Positions 10,415 through 25,400 of a stretch of 64,000 nucleotides of DNA are shown in pieces. The stretch covers positions 81,096,001 through 81,160,000 of the forward strand of contig OZ024745.1 in NCBI GenBank assembly GCA_964016885.1, in the 5' to 3' direction. The position numbers were made by a program, and so were the translations under genes. Each line of letters begins with the position of its first letter. The stretch's first letter is position 1. The DNA is from Eledone cirrhosa (taxonomy: Eukaryota). The notes below the pieces were generated by a model, which was given only the letters and a program-made list of their open reading frames with translations, searched no databases and was not told the DNA's origin.

Positions 10415-13400
10415 CTACAAAAACAAGTTGAGATTATAACGACAACATAGCAAAATGAACAATTACTTTGTTTTATTTTGTGCCAACCCTTATCTATGGT
10501 AATGAACCTTAGTAAATGACCAAAAGAGTATAAGCAGTCAAAATGAGGTTTCTCTGCACTTGATAAAGTGCGTAGCTCAAAATCAGGGATTTGCTTCAAT
10601 TAGAGCTGCTATTTTTCTGAACTGAGAGATCACAGTTCTGAGAATGTTTCAGCAAAGAATCGCTGAACAGATTTTACGGACAAAACCAAACAGCAGGAGA
10701 CCTAGGGGAAAATGATAAGCAAGATGGTTGAATAACATCCATGTTCTCTGTTGGTCTCACTTGGGATCCAGTTGCTTCTGATAGGACCTTCTGGAAAGCA
10801 TGTCTGCAGACTCTGTCCCCACAACCTTCCTAGGAATATGCGTGAAGAAGAAGAAAATGAAGTGTATGTGTATGTGTTTAAGGGTTTTGTATCTTAGTCT
10901 GTGTGCATTGGGGAGAGAGGGGGGTGGGGGGTGCAAGACGGAGCTCTGTTCTTGGCAAGACTAGTAATCTAAATGTGGGTGATATACTTCTTGAATAACT
11001 AGTAGTTGACAACTGAAGAAACACCATGGACAGAAGAAAATTCTTGAGAACTGATATTCTGAGTAATAACCATTTGAGATAATGTAATTTAGTACTTCCC
11101 AAATTCTAGCTGAGCATTCTAAATCATTCAGCTAAATGAACCCTGAATATGTGGCCAGTAGCCTCAATGAAAATTAAACTCGATACCTCTCAAAGTTTTT
11201 CTGAGTGTTCTGGGTTGTTTAGCTTAATGGTACAGAGTGCACACCAGGATCTAGGGTGGTACAGTGTTTCGATTCTTTGTAACAGCTGCTGGCTACTTTT
11301 TCCATTTATAGGGGTATTTTACCCAATTTTCTAATTTATAATTTATAGCAACCAGCTGTGTTTAGTTATTTTCTGCATTTCAGATTTCTCCTTTTTCTAA
11401 AAATTTCAAACTACCAATACTTTGATATTTTACCTTCAAATTTTATTTATTTAGCTTTTTATTCAAACAGGAGTTGTTAGGGGCTGTTTACCTCAATGGT
11501 TAAGAGAGTTCAGCCACAACCTGTGAGGTATGAGGTTGGAGTCTTCATAGTAGCCATTGGATACTTTTTTCCATCTCTAGGGGTATTTTTACTTGATTTT
11601 CTAAACCATAACTTATAGCAATTAACTGTGGTTACAGCATTGGGGATTTCTACATTTTCAAAAGATTAATAGTTTATTTGTCTGTGGCACATTGAAAATC
11701 AAATAAACAACAACTATAACAATAGAAGTAATTAGACTTAAAACTTTACCTATATGTGGCATCACAGCATATGTAAATTCATGGGTTAACATATCTGCTA
11801 CAGGATCAGGTGATTTTGAAGAGCGCAGCCTGAAAGATAACATGGTTTTGATTAGAAGACGGAGGAGAGGAGAAGAAGAAGATGATGGTGGTGCTGGTGG
11901 TGATGATGATGATATGCACACTCAGATTTCTGAGAGGAACTGATAGCTTTTATACTTACAGTGAAAGACGCAATACATTATCGAAAGCTGAGTAACCATA
12001 CTTGCAATCATTAAGTATAGCTGCCCCAAAACCATATTCTGAAAGGTCAGCCCATTTATGACCACACACCTTAAATAATAATTAGAAAATGAATACATTG
12101 TTAAATGAGAATAAATAAAATGAGTACATGATTATAATAAACAAAGGTAAAATGCAGTTGGCTGGGGAACTTTAAAATATAACACTTTGACAAGAATGAA
12201 CCTACAAAGGAATTTCTATGTAATCCTCCAACCAGCAAGAAATACCTGCAAAATCACCCTCAAATTACACCCTACCATCTTAAACAAGCAAACATTAACT
12301 AATGTAGTTTTTAATATGCATAAAGGTAGGATAGTGATATGACTGTTCAATCAGTGTTGATCTGGGCGTAAACTACAACAAATTTCTTCTCTTTGGGACT
12401 TTTAGCTGGCATCTATCACAATTTTCCCTGTTGTTATCTCTCTCCTACCATCACACCTCCCTGTTGCTATCTCTATCTCTCTCTCTCTCCTACCATCGCA
12501 CCTCCCTGTTGCTCTCTCTCTCTCCTACCATCACATCTTCCTGTTTCCCTCTCTCTCTCTCTCCTACCATCACACATCCCTGTTGCTATCTTTCTCTCTG
12601 TTGTTCTTGTTGTTATTATACTGAACCTCTTACTTACTACCAATAACCAGCATGTAACTAACCCTGGCGATCCTATCACTCAGATCCATACCCTCCTTTC
12701 TTTCAACTGCTAGCCACTACCCCCTTCCTATTTAATCATACTTCTAGTCATGTTTGTCTTGAAAGAATAAGGACCATGAAGAGTTGAGATGACTTCTTAG
12801 TCTTACAGTGGTTTATGTAACCTCTCTAGTGGTGGTGCCATGATAAAATGTATCTACAACATTCTGATTGGAGATAACACAGAGTAGAACAAATTCTATA
12901 ATTTTGCTGAAGGTTTCACAACCTCTTAGTGCTAGTGCCACAATAAAATGCACCCAGTACAGTGGCTGCTGTTAGAAAGGGAATTCAGGCATACATGCCA
13001 AAAATGGAATGTACGAATAAAACAGCCATCTGACTAGTTTGATAGAGGTATCATCATCATCATTGTTTTACATCATTTTTCCATGCTTGCATAGATTGGA
13101 CGGGTTTTTTCTAGCACAGCATCTCCGTACTTGTCACAGTCCTTTGTCAACTTGACTATGAGATTCAGTGATTTGAGATCAGTTCTCACAACCTCTGCTC
13201 AGGTCTTCCTTGGTTTCTCTCTACTGTAACTCCCTTCCATTGATTTCTTGGAACTTCTTCACTAAACCATCATCCATACGCATCGCATGACCATTCCAGC
13301 ACAGTCTCCTCTCCTGCATACTACATCTGATTCCTCTTATATCTAGCTTTCTTCTAAGCTCATCCATGCTTTGTTGTTCATGCATGTTAGCATTGGACAT

Positions 13401-16400
13401 CCATTGAAGTATGCTTGCTTCATTTCTCTCCAGCTTTCATTCCTCTGTATTCACTCATGTCCTAACATGCAGGCATCTGACTCACTAGCTGGGCCCCTTT
13501 CTCACTACATGCAGGCATCATACAGCTGGCCTTTCTTCTAATCGTAGCTGAAATGTCCACCCAACCCATAGCAGTATAGAAAGCAGCTGCAAAAATGATG
13601 ATATTGATAAAGAATTAACAGAAATAAAAAGGATATTAAACTCACCTCAAATCGAGCAGAATCCCAAGAAGTGTTACTGTGATTGGGTCTCTCTACGATA
13701 CCAAATTGGGTTTCATAGCTTGCCTTTGCAGTTGTTAAATTAAATGGGAATTCTACTTTCAAGAATTTGTGTGATTCGTTCCATACTACCTGTAATGAAG
13801 AGAAAAGACAAAATAATAAGAAGGTTACATCGATTTCTTTCCAATTTATTCAAATATGACAAATCTAAATAATGAGTAAATAGTGATACTGACACTTGCT
13901 TAGCTACTACATTGAAATTAAATATTCAAATTTGAATATAAGTGAAACAATTTATAATTAAGATAATAGTGATATTTTTTTCCCTTATGTACAAGTTCAA
14001 TTGTTAGAGGGAGGGGTATAATCGACTGAATTAACCCAATTATATCACATATACCAATTTTATATAGCTAGGAAAGATTAGGGGTAAGATTAAACAAAGC
14101 AAAATTTTAGACTCAATGTAAAAGCATTTAACTGAGAATTCTTATATTTCTATTGACCTTTATTTTTAAATTTTATATCTTATTTGGCACAAAGATATAA
14201 ATTGGTCAAGGTACAGTTGATACATTCAACTCTGCTATGTGAATAGTTTTATTTTAAAAACTCTGAAAAGATGAAAGGCAAAGTCAACCTTACTGGAATC
14301 TTAAAATTGACACAATAAAAACTTAGTTTTTCTTCACACATCATCTTGTGATTCACCTGGATACTAAACATCAGATATCTCGACACAGGTAATTCAACCA
14401 AAATTGATCAAGCACTGTCTTATGTTCAGGCAGCATTTGTCTGGCCAAGGTTCACCTTTCTTAAGGCTTAGCCACCTCAATGGTTAACTTGATGGACCTT
14501 CAGTTACTGGCTCCTGTGATGCTCAGCCACTTGTAGGTCCTGCTGAGAGACTGACTAATGAAATTTCTACATTTCCCTCAATTAACTTGCCCTTAACTTG
14601 CCACATATTGTTTCAGCATACTTCTGCCAGCTCTGCATACTTTTTCCTATTTCCCTCATTAACCATCTTAATGTGGTCCTTCCAGCAAATGGAGAGTTTT
14701 AACAAAAACTGTTTGGAAACTTCTGATATCAGTGACCTGGCCTTAGTGGTGTTGTGGTGAAACTTTTCAGGAGCATCAGCTGTTTTCTCAGATCAACTTT
14801 CAGCTCTCAAGCAGGCCAAAAGAGGTGTTCCTGCCAGCTGAATTTAGCTTCTTTCCAACCTTGATGTAAATGATGCTCTTCTCCATTAGGCAGAGGTGCT
14901 TGCAATGCTTAATCCATCTGCCAATGGTGTCCTCATTCCTGGTCATGTTTGCCGCAAAAGAACGAAGTCTACAGGGAGTAGAGAAATGTTTTAGCTTTTT
15001 AGGCAACAGAACCACCTCTCTAGTGTTTTATGCCATGATAAAATGCACCCAGTATGCTCTGAAAAGTGGTTGGCAATTAAAAATAACACTGTAAGATAAA
15101 GAGGGATCTTAATCACATTAAGGACATGACAATCTCACCAGAACTAATGCCATGATAAAATGCACCCAGTACACTGTAAAATGGCTGGTGTTAGAATAGG
15201 CATCCAGCTGCAGATATTGTATAAAGAAACCAGGCCAGCATGGAAAAACCTATATAAAATGATAATGCTGATGAATAGAGTAGACAAAATGTGATAAATA
15301 TGGTTTCATTTGTAATTATAAACAATATAAGGTTTCTAGCTGTGTTTATAAATTGTGATACAAATGTATTGTAACAAGCTTATCTTCAGATGTGCAGTGT
15401 TTATGCTTTAGTGGTGTAGAATAAATATTTGTTTCTACTTTTGGCACAAGGCCAGCAATTATCCAGTACATTACTGGTACTTTATTTTATCGACCCCGTA
15501 AGGATGAAAGACAAAGTTAACCTCGACGGGATTTGAACTCGGATCGTAAAGGGACGTAACTATGCTGGAAAGTATGGCGTCCGACTCTCTACCGATACTG
15601 CCAATCCACCGCCCTAGAATAGGTGTAGAATAAATATTGAATACAATTAAGTTCTTGAGCCCACATTTCATAGTGTTTTTCAGGTTTGTATTCAAGAACA
15701 TGCAGGCTTATTGGGAAGTAGTAAATTTTACAAATGGATGAAACATCTACACAATTTAGAATCTATTCTTTCAACACAAATCTTATACATTAGTATAGTT
15801 TTCATCTATCTATTGAAATGCAAATCAAAGAGAATTTGTAATTAAAAGAAATGTATTTACCTCAGTTTTAAATTTTATGAAGGGGCACTGACAATCCAAG
15901 ATAATGTACTGTGTAATATAGCTGAAATCACTAATTCTCAGACAAACCTGAAATATGAAACGTTTAAAAAAAAGGAAAAGGAACTAAAATATCATTGGTT
16001 GTTAGCATAATTTATATTAAGTTATCTATCCATTCATCTTCCTGATGATTTCAAACAAATGAAACAATTCTAGTCCTGTAGAAGTCATTTCTATATAAAA
16101 TAAATATTCATTTGCTCTATTATGTTGCAGCCACTGCACTCTCTCTTCCTTCCTTTCTCTGTCTGTCTCTCTATCTAGACACACACATTATAGAAAAGGC
16201 ATACAAAAAATTTGCTCAATTCTGTATATTATTGGAGCCCATTTTCTTTTATTAAACACAGGTAGATGTAAGAGAAATTTCAAATGGGAACTCTATGATT
16301 CTGAAATCAAAATTTTTAGGCAACATATAACACAACTCTCTGCAGTTTTCACCATCATACATACTACAAGAATGGTGAAAAGAAGCAATAACCTGAGAAG

Positions 16401-19400
16401 CATTAAAAGAACAACATGAAACTTTAATCAGCTTACTTTGACTGTTGAACGATAGGGAGAGTTGTCAATAATAGTTGCTTTCTGTATAACATCCTGAATG
16501 ATTTTTCTAAAAGAGAAGAAAATTAGTAAGAAAATGATTTCCAATCTGCAGAACATTTCCTATGTTTGACAATTAAACGTATTTGCTAGCAATGCAATAC
16601 AGTCTGTCTGGCAGGTTATTGTGATAAGGTGATAAAGTGATAGGATACTTCTCTTATGTGACAAAACTGGAACCTGGTCAACTGGATGATGGTGTCCTAA
16701 ACATGGCTGATTAGCAGAGTTTCTGACACAGCTTCTGTAGATATTTCTATGAAATGATCCTTCATCTGATACAATCTGTCATTTTTATTAAGGATCTGAT
16801 AAGTTAACAAGAGAGCCACTCCATGTAATTGCTTGATATGCTGGAAATAGTAGCCAAATCACCCTCAAATTCCACTGGCTTAAAAAAAGGGGAATGACAT
16901 ATTAGATAATGTAGTCCTGAATACTCAGGATGACACTGTCACTGCTGATCATAGGTTTGACCAGGGGTTAAAGAAGAACCACAATAAAGGATTTGAAATA
17001 ACTTTGTTAATTGAATTCACCAGCACTGAAACAGTTGTAAAAAATATTAAAACCCTTTAGTATTTAAACCAGCCGTATCCGGCCTGAATTCTCTCCCCAC
17101 TTTCTGTTCAAACCAGCTGCTCATACCAATGTTTAGGAATTGTTCTCAAAATAAACAATACCAAAATCTTGTATATTCAATACTGTGAGACAATTATGTG
17201 AGATAAAATACAATAGTAAAATACAATAGTAAATATAGTAAATAGTAAATACAGAGTAATGCAAATGCTAAAGGGTTAAGGAAACATGACTACATTACAC
17301 CCTTTAGGCTCTTCAAAATATAGAGATATGATACCAATATTAGTGGGGGCATTAAGTTTAAACCCCTAAAGTTTACATTCTACTTCAAATAATTTCAAAT
17401 AAAAACAAGCATCAACCCCACAAAAAAAGAATCTGTCATTGTAGGGCTGCTAATATTCTAAGAAAAGTACTTTCTGTCATTGTAGAGCTAAAAAGTACTC
17501 CCATCAGTAGTATTTTGCACCAATAGAAATAATGATTGCACTAATGGTGGTGGCATATATTTGATTATATCAAAATCAGTAGTTATTATCAACAGTAAGT
17601 GGATGAAAGCTAAAGTTAACTGCAGCAGAATTTGAACTCAAAACATTTAAAATGAGGCTCTGCCAATTCTGTTGCCACTGCTCTCTAACAAGAACAACGG
17701 CAGCAGTAAAGACAATGACAATAACAGATGTTTAAATTCATGGCCATTTTGCAGTCTGGAAAATTTGATTGAAGGAGAATGTTAGCTCAAATAGATTGAT
17801 TAACATGATACTGAAAGCATACACTGATGTATATGAGCCCCTCCTTCATCATCATCATCATCACGTAAAATGATGATGATGATGATGAAGGAGGGGCTCA
17901 TATGCATCAGTGTATGCTTTCAGTATCATGTTAATCAATCTATTTGAGCTAACATTCTCCTTCAATCAAATTTTCCAGACTGCAAAATGGCCATGAATTT
18001 AAACATCTGTTATTGTCATTGTCTTTACTGCTGCTGTTGTTCTTGTTAGAGATCCATAGAAAATTTCCAATCATGCATCACTTTCTTTTATATGCATAGA
18101 GCCTCTATCATAAATAAGCTCCACATTTCCAATTAATCCTTTATAAACAGAGTCTGCAAAGTTTTGCAATAGAAACTTAACAACTCAACCTTACTCAAAA
18201 GTACAAATAATGCTCACCCCAGGAAAAGAATCTCAACATTGAATCCTGCTAATAATAAGCAACACAAACCTTAAAGCAACTTATGTTCCCCTCTATCCAA
18301 TGTACCCACCTATCATACTTACTGAATCTTAGTCCTCAGATTCCATACACAATGCTTCACCCAATTTTTCTCTTCAAAAGCTGAATCTCTTTAACCCAAC
18401 AATAAACTATAATTTAAATTCAATCATATTGACTTCACTACTGGTGTGCCATTGGCATAACGGTTATTATTAGATGGAATTTTAGAAGAATGATCATAAT
18501 AAAATGACAAAAATGTTAATCATCATCATCATGATAAAAATCATTATAACTTAATCAGAGATTTGGTTTGAATACTTGTAACAGTGCAGACTCTGCTGAA
18601 GGCATCTAACAATTAGGTGGTGGTATTAAACAGAGGAGCAGATTAAATCTACCAGTGAAGAACAGTCATAACCCATCCAATATGCTTCTATCTACTAAAT
18701 GTCAATGCTAAGGCTTGTGTTGAATGAAAGCTGTGGTAGAGAACACTTGCCCAAGGTACCATATGGTGGGATTGAACCTGGAGCCACATGACATCACTGA
18801 GCTAATTGAGTGACTATATAAGAGCTTCTTTACTGGTTAGGGCAAGATGTTAATTAGGATTATATAGTTTCTGATAATCAGCCTTTCGTTTGTTTAACTA
18901 GCTATCTTTGATCTATTTATCTGTGAAGGAATAATAGGATTCCCCCTCCCCACAGAAAATAAAATAAAATAACCCCCCCCCCCTCCCCTAGAGTTGCAGA
19001 GGCAATGTTTAATTGTGGAAGTAAGAAAAATACATTGATTACTATTGATGCGAGAGGAATGATTAGTAATTTGAGTTATAAATGAGAAAGGAAAGTAGCA
19101 AATGAAAATTGTAGGATATATCAAAGTTGTTGTTTTAGTTGTTTCTGAGATGTAGGTCAGCTATGATTAAACAGACTTTTGATAAAATTTCTTTTAGCTG
19201 TGATAATCCTATTTTTTTACAGATATAATGTCTCTCAGTCTACATTCCAAGATGTCCCTATCTTTTTTATATGTTAGGCTGTGATTAAAGGGAACTTTGC
19301 TTTGGCTGCTATTTCTAGCAGGTCAAACAATAATGTAGAGCAGTGATTCCCAACGTGAGGCATACACCCAATGAAGGGGGGCAATTTGAATATTTAAGGG

Positions 19401-22400
19401 GGCCATTTGAAAATGATATTAATGAGAACAAACCTCAGGTTTTACTTTATTACTTTACACCAAGACAACTTTGGTGCACATTACTGTCAGAAACTCATGT
19501 CTCACCCCCTCCCTATGTTATTGAGCATTTGGCACCATATATACACCAACTTGTTTACACTTTGCAGTTGATCATTGTTGTTTTCATGTCAAAGGGGGAG
19601 AAAAACATTTTTTAGATGTTGAGGTGGGGCATGGTGCACTTCACGCTCAGAGTTGCTGAAGCATGGAACAAATTACCTGCATCAGTTATTAGCTGTCGAG
19701 ACACTGCATCCTTTAAAACCTCCATGCTTCCTGAGATTTGCCAACACTACACCTAATATTCCCCCTCCATACACACGCACACATGTATATCAGGACTCGT
19801 ACACTATTCACTTCCCTGACATTTGTATATTATTCTATGTACTATACATGCACCTTTCACGAGTTGTGCACCTGAACACCATACACAATAATTTCATTAT
19901 TATTATATATTATTAAAAGGTTGGGAACCACTGATGTAGAGTCTCCTTTGTTAGCTTATAACAAAGTATTCAGTTCACCAAAATGATGTCAAACCCTGGC
20001 TAGAACTATAGCTATAATAATTTTATCTTTCTAAATTATTATAAAATTTAAGATATGTTTTAATATTTAACTGAAGTAAAAATTTTGAAATTGTGTTTAG
20101 ATCCCACTATCATATTTAGGTATAACTAACACAGTGCCTAAATACAGAGTAATTAACATTATTTAACCCTTTAGCATTTACATTACTCTATATTTACTAT
20201 TGTATTTTCACATTAAACACTATTTTACATAATTATCCCACATAATATCGAATCTATGAGATTTTGATATTATTTATTTTAAAAACAATACCTTAACATA
20301 AGTATGAGCAGCTAGTTGTGGGTCAGAAAGAGGTGAGAGAACTCTGGCCAGATATGGCCAGTTTAAATGCTAAAGGGTTAATGTTATATTCCTGTAGAGG
20401 CTGATGTACCAAAGCCTTGTCCAAAATAATAAATTCTGAAAATATTCTTATTAACATACATGAAGTAAACATAATAAATAGATTTTGTAATAATCAAAGA
20501 TTAATTACAAATGATGGAATAATATTTACCTAGTCTCAAGATGATAATCCATTACATCCCAAGCATCCCAGAAAAGTGGAACATCATCAAAGATAACAAA
20601 CTGGTTTGCCAGGTTATCATGAGAAATAAATTCCCTAAAATGTAATGCATCAGAGATTAAACAAATTTCTTTAAGGAAATTAAAAACAACAACAATACCT
20701 TAATATTTTATTATTCAGGTTTTTCTAATTCAGAAACAAAATGTGGAATAATTCTTTTTATGATTAAAGTCTATGATTTCACTATGGCACTTAAATATAT
20801 ATTTTGGCACAGAAATGTAAGCTGGCTGGATGAATAAGGTGTTGTACTACAAGCTCATGCATTCAAATCTATAGCTAGCATTGTGTTTCTGAGCAAAACA
20901 TTTAAAAATGGGATAAGCTCATTAAAGAATACAAGAGATTTAACCAACTAGAAATTATATAACAATATTACTGGGTTCATTTATCTTATAGAGCACCAAA
21001 ACCCAGTATATATTGTAAAGTAGTTGGTGATAGGAAGGGCATCTAGTTGTGGAATGTTTGCCAATCAATGGGCTGGGAGGACACTTCAATTATGTCAGAG
21101 ACATGACAATCTTTCTTGCGCTGGTGCACTCGGTAGAATGTGAGACTATGTAAGCGAGATGCAGACCCACGGCCTGTCCAGGAGGAAGGTAGCTCCATTT
21201 CAGTACAGATTGTGAAAATGCATCCAACCTTTGCTAATGAGAAAGCAGATGATGATGATGATGATGATGATGATGAATGTTAATATGATTACATTGGTAG
21301 TCTAAGGGTAAAATAATGATGAGATTATCGAAAGATGGAAACATATTCTTACTTTTTGTTACCTATCACTTCCAAATGAGCTATCCTGCCACAGTAGTCC
21401 AATTTGACACAAAGTATATTATTTTTCATAATAATATATTCACCACACTAGTGATTTCAAATAGAAAAATAGAAGATAGAGAGAATAATTTTAAATTGCT
21501 AATATTGTGAAGATAAAAATTAATGTATGGCAAATAATTGATTATAATCAACTTAATGTAAAAATTCGCACTTTTCTTTTGTTTGTAGGCCTTCAATTAG
21601 ACTCCAGTCATTAAATACTGTTGGAATCATAGGGATTTTGTCCTTATATACAGTGTACCTCAGGCATTTTAAAATGAATGCAATCCATTTTTCTCCAGAG
21701 AGAAACAGAAAGAGAAGAAGAATTAACTTTAGTAATAAACTAGTACTTTATTTATCGACTCCAAAAGGAGGAAAGACAAAGTAGACACCAGTAGAATTTA
21801 AACTAAGAACACAGTGAGGTGGAACAAATACCACAAGGTATTCTATCAATGGATTGCTGAAGCTATCAAATTACTGCCTTAGATGTTGTTCCATGCAAAA
21901 CTCTAAATCTAAGAATCCAGGAAAAATGCTTTTTTTTATAAGATAGTGAGGAGGGGAAGGCACTGTCTATGACATTTGCAATCCTTTTCACACTGGTGAA
22001 AATGATGAACTCATATTAAATGAAAATACTTTTGAGCTAAGAGAGTATTTATAACATAAATTAAAACTGGACAATCATTAGGTAATGAATACTGCAGTAT
22101 TGCAGTAGAAATAAAATGATTCATAGGTTTTAAGTTGAATTCTAAACAAGTTTTTTTGTGAATTTAGGCAGAGCACTTAATTGTATATACTTCAGTTCAC
22201 CAAGCTGTCTCGAATTAGAGCCAGATCTTCAGGGAATCTTCTCTGTGATCAACTGATGTCCAAATTAGAGATAATTTTATCTATGATCAACTTTATAGAA
22301 TAATTCTGGAGTTAAGTTGTTGATCTTATGACCACTTTCATTGTTTGAAAGCTGCATTTCAGTGTAAAATGGAACCACTGTTGAAACCTTATTACTTTAA

Positions 22401-25400
22401 CAGTTCTCTTGTTAACTTAACTGTTAGTTCCAATAGACAGATAATTCTTGTTCATGTATACAAAACAAATTATCCTCAACATTACTACAATACTAGTAAC
22501 ACGATAGTAACTTGATCTACTAGAAATAGCAGACACATTTCCTTAAAATTGTTAATTTGAAAAAGAGAGGTCGCATTGTACTATGTAATCCTGGGTGTAT
22601 AAAAAGACAAATGGTTATGTCTGGAATACTTTTGATTAAAGGGCTGCTTGATCAATGTTGACCTGGAGTTAAACAGCAACAATGAACAGAACTAAAGTAT
22701 GTATAATACAACAACATCAAAATCCCCCAACTTAAACACTGCAGTATATACATTCAACAAAATTATATGCTTTCAAATGAATGTATCCCATAAGGAAATC
22801 CCAATGGTAGGAAGCTGCAGTAGAGGTAGACCAAGGAAGACCTGGGCGGAGGTGGTGAGAGCTGATTTCAAATCGCTGAGACTCACAGAGGAGATGACAA
22901 AGGAAATCGGCGAGTGGAGAGATGTTGCGCTGAAAAGGACCTGTCCAACCCATGCAAGCATAGAAAAACGGACATAAAAACAATGATGAGTTCAGAGAGC
23001 TTATACCACTATTGGCCACTAAAGGTTTCTCTCTAAAAATGAAAGGCAGACTGTATGATGTATGCATATGAACAGCAATGTTACATGGCAGTGATACATG
23101 GGCATTGTGTGCAGAGGACCTGCGCAGACTGGAGAGGAACGAAGCATGTATGCTCCGCTGGATGTGTAATAGTAATATACGCGAACGGCAAAGCATAAAT
23201 GAACTAAGTGAGAAATTAGGAATAAGAGGGATCAGATGCTGTTTACTCGAGAGAAGACTACACTGGTATGGTCACGTGATGCGCATGAAAGACGGCAGCT
23301 GTATAAAAAAGTGCAGGGCAATCAAAATTGATGGAAGTTACGGAGTAGGCAGACCCAGAAAAACCTGGGATGATTTGATAAATTCCGACCTTACACACTT
23401 ACACTTCTCTAAGACAATGTCACTGGACCGAGATCTTTGGTGCTACGCAGTAATACAGAAGACCCGCCTTGCCTCTGTACAAAGCGAAACCTACAGTCAG
23501 TAGGTACCTCTTAACCAAATATCTTAACCCTATCCCACTACCCCTACCAACACCACCCTCTCTCTGTAAAGTTATGTTGGTACCACAACATCCAGTCCAA
23601 AATAAATGTGGTCATGTAGGTGTCACAACAAAAAAACACAGTCCACGCTGTAATGTGGCCGTGTAGGTAACACGGTAAAAACCTCCCAGTCCACACTGTA
23701 AACATGGTTGGTGTTAGGAAGGGCATCCAGCCATAGAAAACCTGCCAGACAGCCCTATACGAGTGAGACATTGTCTCCCGACCAATCTTGCCTCAAGTGG
23801 GACAATTCCCATCTAAACCCATGCTAGCGTGGAAGATAGACATTAAACGATGATGATGATGATGCAGGTAATGTAAAAAAGTACAACACCAGTTACATAA
23901 AAGAAATAGCCAACCAGATACAAACTATCTTACACACAATATACCAACATCACAAACAACGGAAATAAAATTCAACCCCAAACATTTAAACAAGGAAATA
24001 AGAAAGAAAACTGGCAAAGTGAAATCAGTCCAAATGTAATAATTGCTGATGAATAACTTAGTTCTTGATATAATTACAGATTGGTGAGTGCATGAAGAGT
24101 GTGAATATCATAAAAAAATGGAAATAGCTTACCGTATAAACATTTTGACCATAATTCCCTATACAGTTTCTCATTGAAATGTACCCCGCATTTGACACAA
24201 GGAAAGCTGGAAACATGAACAATTATACACAATTATACAAAATCATGACAATTTCAGAATAAAAAATCAGGCATTCAAAATATATTTGTTGGTGAAGAGG
24301 AATTTTAATTGAATGTGAGATTATAGGGAAAATAAATGTTAAATTGATGGATTAAAATTGAATACAGTTACTGATAATTATTTTACAAGAGAGAGAGAAT
24401 TATCAATGACTCCTTTTTTCTTCCAATGAACAGTCAATGACAACATATTTAAAATATTTAATAATAAAAAATTTCAGGCCAGTGCCCAATAAAGACATTT
24501 AATAATATAAATGAAAAAGTAAAAACATCCATACCGAATTGGCTATTTTCAAATGCAACCTCTTTTCTTGGCCACATCAAGGTATTAATACTTTTAGTTT
24601 TTGTTTCCACACACTTCAATTAAAGAAAAAGAACAACAACAACAATCAAAAGTACTACAGTAGAGTGTGTATGATACAACAAACAAATTTAAAGCTATTA
24701 ACACTCTAGCAGTACCCATAATGATATATAGCTTCAACAGCATAAACTGAAAAATTAATGACACTAAGACTAGACATCAAAACAAGAAATATGCAGACCA
24801 TAGACAAAATGCACCACCCAGAGCAGATGTTGACAAGTTGTAGTTAGCAAGAACTTGAGGAAGATGAGGGTTAGTCCAACATGAATTCACCTTCAAAACT
24901 ACCACTATGAGCCGGCAAAAAAAAAAAAAAAAAAAAAAAAGAAATCATAGAACATCAGATTTGCACACTTCAAGGAAGAGCTTCATTTCGCAGAAATCCT
25001 ACCAACAAAAGATGAAGTTACTACCATCTTTGAAAAATGAGTGAAGCAGATGGAAAAACACCATGTTTATCTGTAATTGCAGAAAATCTGAGAGGAATAA
25101 GTAATACATGGGAAATATCCCAAAAGTATACAAGAGGGTGATATGAATTAACAAAAGACACACCAGAGATGAAGTGGCAGTGGACAGAAAGCAGAGATGG
25201 AAATCCTGATAATTGCTGTACAAGACAATCCTATTACCATCACATCATCTATGATGGAAGAGGCCCGTAATCCGGTGAATGGAAAGAAAAAAAAAACTAT
25301 TGATGACATTGGGTCTGAATGTTTAGAACTGGGGAAGAATGAATACTTATATAGGCATAGCAAGGCAGTAGTATATTTGCGTTAGAAAATATACAGGAAT

